Source of the DNA: Candidatus Saccharimonadota bacterium
GTDB lineage: Bacteria > Pseudomonadota > Alphaproteobacteria > CAJXXZ01 > 1604HC
Reading direction: 5' to 3'
DNA: 32,000 bases
Assembly: GCF_008189405.1 (NCBI RefSeq)
Contig: NZ_CP043316.1
Location: 570,001 to 602,000 of the forward strand
The notes under the pieces were generated by a model. That model ran no database searches. It was not told the origin of the DNA and saw only the letters and a program-made list of their open reading frames with translations. Positions 17,001 to 24,509 of this stretch are shown here, piece after piece; the stretch's first letter is position 1, and each line of letters begins with the position of its first letter. The position numbers and the translations under genes were made by a program.

Positions 17001-17025
17001 CGAGCTCTTCAGGCATTTGAGACAA
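14020..17025 (-). CDS. vgrG: Type VI secretion system spike protein VgrG (gp27-like plus gp5-like plus beta-helical C-terminus), with large insertions
   Basis: IVQYEETDWELLNRLCRDFGVYYCFEH; YKFVLTHHPDIEMNGQYYVKRVSH; KIAGIQTGIVVGGEDQKIYTNHLGQVKVYFHWDNGR...VWIRVAQWGGAGNEWGGFFVPRIGQEVVISFENGNPNYPIITGCLYN...PPYNL. C-terminal degenerate repeats: GNKEITLQDGNMNIEISKGNMEINLGNGN...GNHTIKISGGNMEIEAN. The first codon at 17025 is TTG; the first ATG is at 17016. Confidence 0.9.
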   Translation of the reverse strand: MSQMPEELEKKDYTLEEDYNNTYKHNQKVEDNSDFEMIGLATLGYDQWQPKTDEDRRYKRHLGRVYKVNIEEGLSQPFFIQGEVAFFEKKPNMISKKMHMGLSVGKPNIDRKYWHGIINEWTYLGIKTPTKEEQYYVYGFSMIPEMQFKLGTKRNRIFYPSVDDAPVEQNQDIIFNKSKLMANIIERLIKKNNITLKDEKSKDRTSELVAIHGNYESQSDDYEIQIDEFEAKNDQHDNHYDKVIIDINMSILDAQYRMAAIENPRSKYLNYDDQTNFAKSEQEDFPEYIVQYEETDWELLNRLCRDFGVYYCFEHTDVHTGIVFYNNPQGADVSDSADANYDADDEEEEDDLAGFNSGDGAEIADESGSVSPSASSSPSPYKTYLGYENAIENYSPTGELASKGANAYTSVQSGEMSIFDDGFDTQIVAESQSKGKGAVEDGAVSKVFDMSDPFTDSRPLHYTTTGLEGRNDKYISQWNVAHKYAPNSTQLQGFNPDLDPEKRNIIHEVENSSGANSSESSASDVDDHYSETFTSDQKVKEYNGICNQHADTSETEYHTKTFRQEVSPGYKFVLTHHPDIEMNGQYYVKRVSHKLEYQAVDKNMDDATVDLDDMVLHYENSAVFSKIDQPFKVKPEPYRKIAGIQTGIVVGGEDQKIYTNHLGQVKVYFHWDNGRKNLSNGEMLQQAVWIRVAQWGGAGNEWGGFFVPRIGQEVVISFENGNPNYPIITGCLYNRTTMPPYNLVETEDVISKTGLKTESLKDVEEGEERGFNEFSFEDKANEEKIFLHAEKDYEEIIKDGKSSTIQTGSSELIIGRGDRKVELSGEDEPTDGEGNDILIIKKGNKEIKLESEEAKHFLTELKNGDMITKIEEGNYKLDLNKGNKEITLQDGNMNIEISKGNMEINLGNGNSKEEISGNKDITINSGNHTIKISGGNMEIEANQITYKASSNFTIKSGGNLTLEAGGNLNLKGGIVALKSDTTADIEASAMINIKAGMVNLN

Positions 17026-17100
17026 TATATGAGATGATGGTTAATATTCTCTTAAAATTATGCTGGGCTTTCCTACAATTTATTAATAAACACCACATAA

Positions 17101-17155
17101 ATCTTGTTATTTAAGGATAGATGGAACATAATAAGTCAATTTATAAGGGAGATAT
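17101..17155 (+). promoter_or_regulatory. Conserved 5' leader / promoter-proximal region and SD of family locus B, within the divergent vgrG intergenic region
   Basis: About 80-85% identical to the equivalent 57 nt upstream of locus A. SD aagggaga lies 5 nt before the ATG. Confidence 0.5.
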
Positions 17156-18754
17156 ATGAAGAATCTAAAAATCTTATCATTACTATTATGTTTATCAGTT
17201 ATGGCAAATGGCCCAGAATTAACGGAATGTACAAGTAAGTTTGCGTATTGTTTGAAGAGTCCTGGTCGCGCAACGGAAGTTGCTGTGCCAAATATGGGTG
17301 CACAGGTTCTCACTGATGCCGTATATAAAAAGAGATACGATATAGTAAAGGGTGCAATTCCATCAATAGATGAAGAGAAGTGCAAATATCTTGTATATAC
17401 AATGATTATTAATAGAAAAAGCAAACCAGAATATGTTAAGAAAATAGGTGAGAATACAGTTGAGCAATTGTTTGCAGGTTTATCCAATGCGGATAAATCA
17501 TATGCCATGCTGCGATACGTTTATGAATCTCGTCCTTACATAATGAAGCAGAGTGCTCGCTATGCGGAGTTAGCAGATGCGTATGGTAACTATGACATGG
17601 ATGGGGATGTGTTCAAGAATGCTATGTATTTGGCAGAGAGATCTCAAAATGGAACCTTAGAAGTTGATTGGGACTTAGAGTCAGATAGGCTAGAAGCTCA
17701 TAGTTTGTATTATAACTCGATATATGAGTACAACCTAGAAAATCCAGGATTATCGATGATTAGTGACAAAGCAGAAGCAGCAAAGGTTAATGCAACTATT
17801 TTACAATCCCTATCAAAAGACAAGGAACATTTTACAAACATTGCAAAGCATATTGCATTAAAGAAGATGGCAGTTGAGGCAGCTAAGGGGTTAGAGAAAT
17901 TTAAAATCATGCTTGATGAGGTTGTAAGGCAGGATGCGTCTTGGAATATGGTTCATATAGTTCAGATGAACAAGGCTGCACAAAAGCATTTTAAAGATAC
18001 TCAACTTTATTTAGATGATTTGGTAGGCGTAGAAATAACTATGTCAGATCTGAGATCAATTAAGAATGTCCAAGGTGGATATGTAGTTATTTTTGGCGAT
18101 AAAGACAAAGTAAAATTTGATGAGATTATAGAATTATTTAATACAGATAGGGAAAAATGCAAAGAGCTTATTTGGGAAAGAATAGTAGCGGGAGAAGAAT
18201 ATATAAACAAATATATAGTGAAGCCTATGTTTGATAAGCTCTTTAATGAGATGGAAAAGATGGACAAAGAAGTATTGCAAGAGGTAATAAATAGATCACG
18301 TAAAGAGAAAGTTTGGGGTGAAGTAGGAAATAGGGGAGGAGGAAAGAAGTTTCGCGCATACTACCCAGGAGAGGAGCGTCGAGGTGACGTTGAGTTCTTC
18401 AAGAAGGATTATGCTGACTGGTATGCAAAATCTGATGGAGACAAGGCTGTTACAGCATTAAGAAAAGAGGAAGCTGCTAAGCTTGCGAAGGAGCGTGATC
18501 ATGAGGATTATATCGTACACTTGTTTGACAGAGCAGAGGAATTGCTGAATGGGTACGAAGGTGATAAGGACGTCATGGGAGAGATCTTTGGAAACTTCTT
18601 GTTCTTAAGATGGGCAGAATACAAAGAGAATGCTAGAGGGCGAGACTTCATGAACAGTGCAAAGGATGCCCTAGAAGGTATGTTAAAACTAGAATCTTCA
18701 GACATTGAGAAACTAAATGCAATCTCAAACGAAAAAATCAAATCCCTGCAATAA
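17156..18754 (+). CDS. Secreted protein, full-length member of the family: signal peptide, variable segment, conserved core, ~100-aa unique linker and C-terminal module
   Basis: 532 aa. MKNLKILSLLLCLSVMANG signal peptide. The core YAMLRYVYESR...VVRQDASWN is shared with ORF 12443..13327. The C-terminal ~140 aa are shared with the two other copies; differences include DKDVMG vs DKDMMG and GNRGGGKKFRAYY vs GNGGGDRKFQAYY. Confidence 0.8.
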   Translation: MKNLKILSLLLCLSVMANGPELTECTSKFAYCLKSPGRATEVAVPNMGAQVLTDAVYKKRYDIVKGAIPSIDEEKCKYLVYTMIINRKSKPEYVKKIGENTVEQLFAGLSNADKSYAMLRYVYESRPYIMKQSARYAELADAYGNYDMDGDVFKNAMYLAERSQNGTLEVDWDLESDRLEAHSLYYNSIYEYNLENPGLSMISDKAEAAKVNATILQSLSKDKEHFTNIAKHIALKKMAVEAAKGLEKFKIMLDEVVRQDASWNMVHIVQMNKAAQKHFKDTQLYLDDLVGVEITMSDLRSIKNVQGGYVVIFGDKDKVKFDEIIELFNTDREKCKELIWERIVAGEEYINKYIVKPMFDKLFNEMEKMDKEVLQEVINRSRKEKVWGEVGNRGGGKKFRAYYPGEERRGDVEFFKKDYADWYAKSDGDKAVTALRKEEAAKLAKERDHEDYIVHLFDRAEELLNGYEGDKDVMGEIFGNFLFLRWAEYKENARGRDFMNSAKDALEGMLKLESSDIEKLNAISNEKIKSLQ

Positions 18755-19202
18755 TGTGTCTGTTTTGATGTGAGTTCAATTGCTAAGAGAGATTGATAAT
18801 CAAGCGCCTATTTTACAGCAATATATATTATCAAAATCGTTTGTTTGCATAATTAATCATATTTTTATAAAACTAATTTGCCTCAAATTTATATAATAAT
18901 CTATCAATATAGAATTACAAATTAAGCATAGAACAATAAAGCAAGTTGATAGTATTGATATACATTATAGATTAGTACAATGGAAGGTCTCTAATATAAT
19001 TTTTGATTATGACTATTAGCATATTACCAATATGTTTGGCCATGAATAAATTATAGCTAATATATCAATGATTATCATAATTTTAATATTATATGAAATT
19101 ATTAGCATATATTCACAAGTATATAACAGATTTATACAAATACGATATTAAATTATTACTTAACTGTACATGAAAATATTACTATAAAAAGCATTGCTTC
19201 AA

Positions 19203-20771
19203 TCAAATAGAAAGTGCAGCTTTAATTAGATTATCAAATAATGGATGTGCTCCATCTATATGAGTTTGGAATTCTGGATGAAATTGAACTCCAACATAAA
19301 ATGGATGATCAGTAATTTCAAACCCTTCAAGTAATGTATAATCTGGAGACCAAGCTGATAAATTGAAAAATTTCTCCAAATGCACTTTATAGTGCAAATG
19401 ATTCACTTCATATCTGTGTCTATGCCTCTCAGATGCTAAACCATTGATTAATCTGCCAGAGCTTTCATACATATCATGAATTCTACCAGAAAGCTTACAT
19501 GGGTATGCCCCCAATCTCATGGTTCCACCTTTCACGTTTTCCATACATTCATCAATTAATCCGATTGCTGGATTAACAATATTTTTCTTGAACTCAGAAG
19601 AATAAGTATCAATCTTAGCTATATTACGCAACCCTTCTATAACCATCAGCTGCATTCCTAAGCAAATCCCCAAACATGGAATCTTATTTTCTCTAGCAAA
19701 TTGTAAAGCAGCAATTTTCCCTTCCACTCCACGCTCACCAAATCCACCAGGAACGATAATGCAATTATATTTTGTCAAATCTTGCACATCTAGTTCATCT
19801 GAACTAATTGCAGTAATTTCAACATCAGATTTATACTGAACACCAGCATGTTTTATTGCCTCAATTACTGAACAATAAGAATCATTTATTTTATCGTACT
19901 TTGTAATCAAAGCTAATTTTACCTTATTATCGTATTGGAAATATGGCATGCTAAGCTGCTTGTACTCACATTTTACTCCAAAAAATTCACAAATTCTTTG
20001 ATCTAATTTATCATCATAATACTGTTCTAATACATCGTACAAAGAATCTTGATCCCAAGCTGGAAATACCATATTCTCATCTAAATTAGCAAATAATGCT
20101 ATTTTCTTTTTCCATGATTGATCATCATATTTTTGAGATCTACATAAAATTATGTCTGGCTTAATACCAAATCTTTGTAACTCACTCACTGAATGTTGAA
20201 TAGGCTTTGTTTTGAATTCTTTTGATTTGCTTAAAAATGGCATCAATCCAATATGCAAATAAAGCACATCATAATTTCTTGATTTCTGCCTAATACTCTC
20301 TAAAAATGGCAATCCTTCCATATCACCTATAGTCCCACCAATCTCACAAATCAAGAAATCAGTATCTTCATCTATGTTAGCTGTAATCTTCTCTGAAATC
20401 ATGGATGTAATATGTGGGATAATCTGTACTGTTTCCCCTAAATAGTCACCTTTTCTTTCAGCATTAATAACTTCTAGAAAAATCTGACCAGACGTAATGT
20501 AGTCGTCTTTTGTACACTTAATCCCTACGAAACGCTCGTAATTTCCTATATCCATATCAGTTTCTGTACCATCTTCTGTGACAAAAACTTCCCCATGTTG
20601 ATCAGGGCTTAGAGTTCCAGCATCAACATTTAGGTATGGCTCTAATTTCCTCATTCGAACTTTGAATCCACGTTTTCTAAGCAATAAAGCAACCATAGAA
20701 GCAGTCACACCTTTTCCAAGTGATGACATAACTCCCCCGGTTACAAATATAATTTTCAATTTCGACTTCAT
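19203..20771 (-). CDS. pyrG: CTP synthase
   Basis: IFVTGGVMSSLGKGVTASM, the N-terminal synthetase region, and C-terminal glutamine amidotransferase motifs GICLGMQL and HRHRYEVN...FHPEF. 522 aa. Confidence 0.93.
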   Translation of the reverse strand: MKSKLKIIFVTGGVMSSLGKGVTASMVALLLRKRGFKVRMRKLEPYLNVDAGTLSPDQHGEVFVTEDGTETDMDIGNYERFVGIKCTKDDYITSGQIFLEVINAERKGDYLGETVQIIPHITSMISEKITANIDEDTDFLICEIGGTIGDMEGLPFLESIRQKSRNYDVLYLHIGLMPFLSKSKEFKTKPIQHSVSELQRFGIKPDIILCRSQKYDDQSWKKKIALFANLDENMVFPAWDQDSLYDVLEQYYDDKLDQRICEFFGVKCEYKQLSMPYFQYDNKVKLALITKYDKINDSYCSVIEAIKHAGVQYKSDVEITAISSDELDVQDLTKYNCIIVPGGFGERGVEGKIAALQFARENKIPCLGICLGMQLMVIEGLRNIAKIDTYSSEFKKNIVNPAIGLIDECMENVKGGTMRLGAYPCKLSGRIHDMYESSGRLINGLASERHRHRYEVNHLHYKVHLEKFFNLSAWSPDYTLLEGFEITDHPFYVGVQFHPEFQTHIDGAHPLFDNLIKAALSI

Positions 20772-20780
20772 AATACAATC

Positions 20781-21266
20781 CTATTTTTCTTTATTAATAC
20801 TTTCAGAATTATTTTTACTTGATTCACTATATTGCTTCTGTTCTGATTTGTTTTCTTTTGTATTTTCTATAATATCACTATTTTTTCCTATAGTATTACT
20901 ATTGCTTTTTATTTCACTAATAGAAGCTTTATCAATGTCTCCAGAAGAAGTATTATCTATATGCTCAATATTACTATCAGCAATATCATTAGTATTATTA
21001 GCACTATTTTCAGAAATACTTTCAGAACTAAATTCTTTATTTAATGCAATTTTCTCTTTTTTGATCATAATTCCAATTATTAAACATAAAGATATAAATA
21101 TAACATATAAAGTATATGTTGATTTTGTCAAAAATGTAGACATTGCCCTAGGAGTCATAAATTGAGACTGGCTCATACTTACAGAATCTTCACCTTTTTG
21201 CAAAAATATTAAAATGGATAGGCTCAATACTACTACCAAGTAAATGGACCAAATAAAACTTAACAT
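20781..21266 (-). CDS. secG: Preprotein translocase subunit SecG with a long Ser/Asn/Glu-rich C-terminal tail
   Basis: Two-TM N-terminal ~75 aa with the LIFLQKGEDS (LLQ-x-G-K-G-like) motif and a second TM segment (TYTLYVIFISLCLIIGI). It lies directly upstream of pyrG on the same strand. The remaining ~85 aa are low complexity. Confidence 0.65.
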   Translation of the reverse strand: MLSFIWSIYLVVVLSLSILIFLQKGEDSVSMSQSQFMTPRAMSTFLTKSTYTLYVIFISLCLIIGIMIKKEKIALNKEFSSESISENSANNTNDIADSNIEHIDNTSSGDIDKASISEIKSNSNTIGKNSDIIENTKENKSEQKQYSESSKNNSESINKEK

Positions 21267-21354
21267 TCCTACATTTTACAGAAAATTCAAAACCTTAGCA
21301 ATTGAATAATATGAATTCATAATCATTATTACAAACTGAGGTAACCATCATTAT

Positions 21355-22596
21355 TTATTGAGATTTCCTGAATATTTCTAATTGTTTTATAAGATCAGAA
21401 TATGGTGCTGGAGCATCTTGCTCTACGAACCACTCTTTAAGTTTGTCTAAGTATTTCTTCACACCAGGACCAGAAGGCAAATGCATGATATTCATTACAT
21501 CATTTCCAGAAAAATGAAATAAATTCTTCTTCCATGGCTCCAAGAATTGTAAGTCATCTAATGCGCCTTTTAAAATAAATCCATCATTCCATAAATCACT
21601 TGGAACTTCATTAATCCACTTAATGTAATCAGATTTCTCTTTCATTACATTTACATTTCTAAGTAATTTGATATTTTTTTTCTGCAAATTTGACAGCTTT
21701 ACATTCTCAATACTACCATCAAAAGAAGCAAATTTCGCTAGAGCTGAAGACTTTAAATTCATTGCTTTTTCTTTTACAATAATATTTTCTAACACATCAA
21801 AATTTGGTTTTGGGAAATCACAATGTTCCCAAATATTAATATCATCCATTAATCTAAGAGTAGAAATAAAATTACACGCATCTAATAACTTCATCATTTC
21901 ATTAATACATCTTTCTCGTGCAATCTTTTGCAAATTCTGCACATATTTCTTACATGCATGCAATGATTCAAAGTCATAATTCTTACCATAATGAGCCAGA
22001 AAACGGAAAAATCTAAGAATACGCAAATAATCTTCTTGGATTCTTAAATCTGGATCTCCAATAAATCTAATCATCCCTTTTTTTATATCATCCAGACCAC
22101 CAACGAAATCATAAATTTTGCCATTGATATCTGCATATAGCGCATTGATTGTTAGATCACGCCTTTTAGCATCTTCTTCCCATGATTTGGAAAATTCTAC
22201 TTGAGCATGGCGTCCATCTGTATCAATGTCTACACGTAAAGTTGTGACTTCAAAAACATCACCATCCATCACACATGTAACAGTCCCATGCTGTAATCCT
22301 GTTGGAATGACTTTAAATCCTGCTTTTTTTGCTAATCTCATTACTTCTTCAGGCAATAACGGGGTTGCTAAATCTACTTCATCATTTAAACCTTTGCCAA
22401 TCATTGAATTACGAACACAACCTCCAACAGCCATACACGGATCCAATACTTTCATCAGTTTCTGTAAATTACTATTTTGGAGCCAATCCATCAAATTACC
22501 TTTTCTCCCATTGCCTTTGCTATCATCATTTTTGCTATTACTGCTTCTCCTATCATTACTTTTTCCATTAAATTCATATTTTTCTATCCAATGCAT
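21355..22596 (-). CDS. cca: CCA-adding tRNA nucleotidyltransferase / poly(A) polymerase family protein
   Basis: AVGGCVRNSMIG...DEVDLAT...TGLQHGTVT...EVTTLRVD...RRDLTINAL...GGLDDI..G.IRFIG...ED.LRILRFFRF. Start is uncertain. The longest ORF reaches 22689 but overlaps tatD by 116 nt. ATG 22596 (MHWIEKY) or ATG 22491 (MDWLQNS) are more plausible. Confidence 0.8.
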   Translation of the reverse strand: MHWIEKYEFNGKSNDRRSSNSKNDDSKGNGRKGNLMDWLQNSNLQKLMKVLDPCMAVGGCVRNSMIGKGLNDEVDLATPLLPEEVMRLAKKAGFKVIPTGLQHGTVTCVMDGDVFEVTTLRVDIDTDGRHAQVEFSKSWEEDAKRRDLTINALYADINGKIYDFVGGLDDIKKGMIRFIGDPDLRIQEDYLRILRFFRFLAHYGKNYDFESLHACKKYVQNLQKIARERCINEMMKLLDACNFISTLRLMDDINIWEHCDFPKPNFDVLENIIVKEKAMNLKSSALAKFASFDGSIENVKLSNLQKKNIKLLRNVNVMKEKSDYIKWINEVPSDLWNDGFILKGALDDLQFLEPWKKNLFHFSGNDVMNIMHLPSGPGVKKYLDKLKEWFVEQDAPAPYSDLIKQLEIFRKSQ

Positions 22597-23347
22597 TAAT
22601 TCGCATGAAATTGTAAAAGTTAGTAGTGGTAATATTTGCGAATTCATTTTCATCAATACCTTTAAGCTCGGCAATATATTTACCAACATGTGAAACGTAT
22701 GCTGGTTCGTTTGATTTACCTCTATATGGAGCAGGGGCTAGGTATGGAGAATCAGTTTCAATAAGGATTCGATCTAATGGTACAAATCTTGCTACTTCTC
22801 TAACATGCTCTGCATTTTTAAATGTAATAATGCCTGAAAAAGAAATCATCCAACCTAAATCTAAAATATTCTTCGCAAATTCCAATGTTCCTGTATAACA
22901 GTGTCCAATTCCCCTTACATTATATTTTCTTAGCAAATCTAATGTTAAATCTTCTGCCTCTCTCATATGTAAAACCAAAGGTAAATCATGTTTTTCTGCA
23001 TGAACAAGTTGCACTTCAAAGCCTGGAATCTGCTTATTAATATCACTACCTTTAAAGCTATCCAATCCAGCTTCACCAATTGCAATAATATTTTTCTTAC
23101 CAATCCATTTAGTTAAATAATTATCAATTTCATTAACCTGGCCAATTTTATCATCTAATGGATGCACGCCAACAGAAAACCATATATTATCTCGTAAATA
23201 TGCATATGATTTATCTAATGTATTCGTTGTAGTGCTAATGCTCATTGCTCCAATAACATCATGATTTTTCATGTTTGACATTACTTTCTCTATATCTTTA
23301 CTCATAGGCTCGTAATCTAAATGGCAATGGCTATCTATCCAGTTCAT
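22574..23347 (-). CDS. tatD: TatD-family metal-dependent hydrolase (DNase)
   Basis: MNWIDSHCHLDY start, IGEAGLD, HMREA, GHCYTG and ETDSPYLAP motifs. 257 aa. Confidence 0.88.
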   Translation of the reverse strand: MNWIDSHCHLDYEPMSKDIEKVMSNMKNHDVIGAMSISTTTNTLDKSYAYLRDNIWFSVGVHPLDDKIGQVNEIDNYLTKWIGKKNIIAIGEAGLDSFKGSDINKQIPGFEVQLVHAEKHDLPLVLHMREAEDLTLDLLRKYNVRGIGHCYTGTLEFAKNILDLGWMISFSGIITFKNAEHVREVARFVPLDRILIETDSPYLAPAPYRGKSNEPAYVSHVGKYIAELKGIDENEFANITTTNFYNFMRINALDRKI

Positions 23348-23506
23348 TGATCAAATTGTAACGTTACCATACAATTCCATCAATAGAATACAGAGATTTA
23401 CATTTTCTTTTGCATTTATTTTTATATTGCTTAAAATTGTAAACTATACTTCTTTTCACCTTAGCAACCTTGTGTTTATTTATAATACAAGTGTAAAATT
23501 AGTTAT

Positions 23507-23578
23507 GGCCGAGTGGCAGAATGGTTTATGCAGAGGATTGCAAATCCTTTTATGTCGGTTCGATTCCGGTCTCGGCCT
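23507..23578 (+). tRNA. tRNA-Cys (anticodon GCA)
   Basis: Hand-folded cloverleaf. Acceptor stem GGCCGAG/CTCGGCC. Anticodon stem GAGGA/TCCTT with loop TTGCAAA. T-arm GTCGG-TTCGATT-CCGGT. D-stem has a 13:22 G-A mismatch. The discriminator is U, as expected for tRNA-Cys. No encoded CCA. Confidence 0.92.
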
Positions 23579-23655
23579 TACCTAATCTTATAGCAAACGC
23601 TATAGTTAGCTTCACCTTATAGCGGATACTGTGGTTATATATTAGAATATAGTAG

Positions 23656-24345
23656 ATGAAAAAGGTTTATGTATATTCTTTAATATTAAATATAGCATTG
23701 CTAATCATAATGTTAAATGAATGTATAAAATGCTCTAATGCTAGTTTTAATGTAGAAAAACAGCATGCATTATTGAAAAAGAATAAACAAGACCAAACAT
23801 ATATACTACAAACCCAACCACAATGGCAAAAGCATGCCGCAATAGACCCAAAATTAATTTATGCGTGGTTCTTCGAAAGAAATATTAATCTCTCAGTATT
23901 AAGTGAAAATACAAATAGTGAATATAAAACATATAATATTAAGTTAGAATGCTATGCACAAAACCAAAACACAACAATAGAAATTCTGAAAAACCTACCA
24001 TTTGGTAATTTTTTATTTTATGAGATTAATGCAAAAGGTAAGAAAATCACAATCACAGGGTCTATCACTTTTAGCAATATGCTTCCTCCACAAAAATTGC
24101 AACTAAATAATAATATTGATGATATTGTATTAAAGTTACAAGGAATTATCAAAACGCAAAATAATTGGCAAATTTGTCTAAATGGCATTTGGATAAGCAA
24201 GCATGACAAAATTCCATGGAGTATTAAGATAATAGATGTTCAATACAATCAAATCAAAATAATATGGAATTCATTTGGAAAAGAAAAAATGAATATAGTC
24301 CAATTAGGGCATGAAATTAAATTAGAGCATGATTGTAAATTCTAG
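23656..24345 (+). CDS. Hypothetical protein with an N-terminal signal/anchor segment
   Basis: 229-aa ORF in an otherwise empty interval. Hydrophobic start YSLILNIALLIIMLNEC. No motif recognised. The C-terminal beta-rich part is faintly reminiscent of PilP/GspC-type secretin-binding domains, but I cannot support that assignment. Confidence 0.45.
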   Translation: MKKVYVYSLILNIALLIIMLNECIKCSNASFNVEKQHALLKKNKQDQTYILQTQPQWQKHAAIDPKLIYAWFFERNINLSVLSENTNSEYKTYNIKLECYAQNQNTTIEILKNLPFGNFLFYEINAKGKKITITGSITFSNMLPPQKLQLNNNIDDIVLKLQGIIKTQNNWQICLNGIWISKHDKIPWSIKIIDVQYNQIKIIWNSFGKEKMNIVQLGHEIKLEHDCKF

Positions 24346-24509
24346 TTTGGTACATTCTCATAATATGATTGATTTTCTAATGCTGCAGATGTGCACGCTA
24401 CTTAATCAATTATTTTACCAACTTATCAATCAGTTGATCAGTACATTATTTGAGCTAACCACTAAAACTGCACTAACCATAACCTGCATCAACGTGGAAA
24501 TATAAATAT

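Larger units (their letters stand above)
17101..18763 (+). repeat. Family locus B (full-length fused version). Inverted duplicate of locus A; its 3' ~0.44 kb is a direct copy of 19..~500.
   Basis: See locus A. After the stop codon only tgtgtctgt is shared with the other copies before the sequences diverge. Confidence 0.88.

Noticed and set aside
17107-17508. A 133-aa minus-strand ORF spanning the vgrG/locus-B intergenic region and the 5' end of the 532-aa gene.
   Set aside because: It is antisense to a strongly supported gene whose paralogue conserves the plus-strand reading. It has no SD or recognisable motif.
20662-21165. A 167-aa plus-strand ORF overlapping pyrG and secG.
   Set aside because: It is antisense to two well-supported genes. 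Its Leu/Ser/Phe/Ile-rich sequence is the mirror of the SecG low-complexity tail.
22226-22693. Plus-strand ORFs of 155 aa and 80 aa inside the cca gene.
   Set aside because: They are antisense shadows of a gene with clear nucleotidyltransferase motifs. They have no independent support.
23507-23578. tRNA-Cys as a possible integration site for the vgrG island.
   Set aside because: It is ~4.7 kb from the island, with pyrG, secG, cca and tatD in between. I found no integrase and no direct repeat of the tRNA 3' end.
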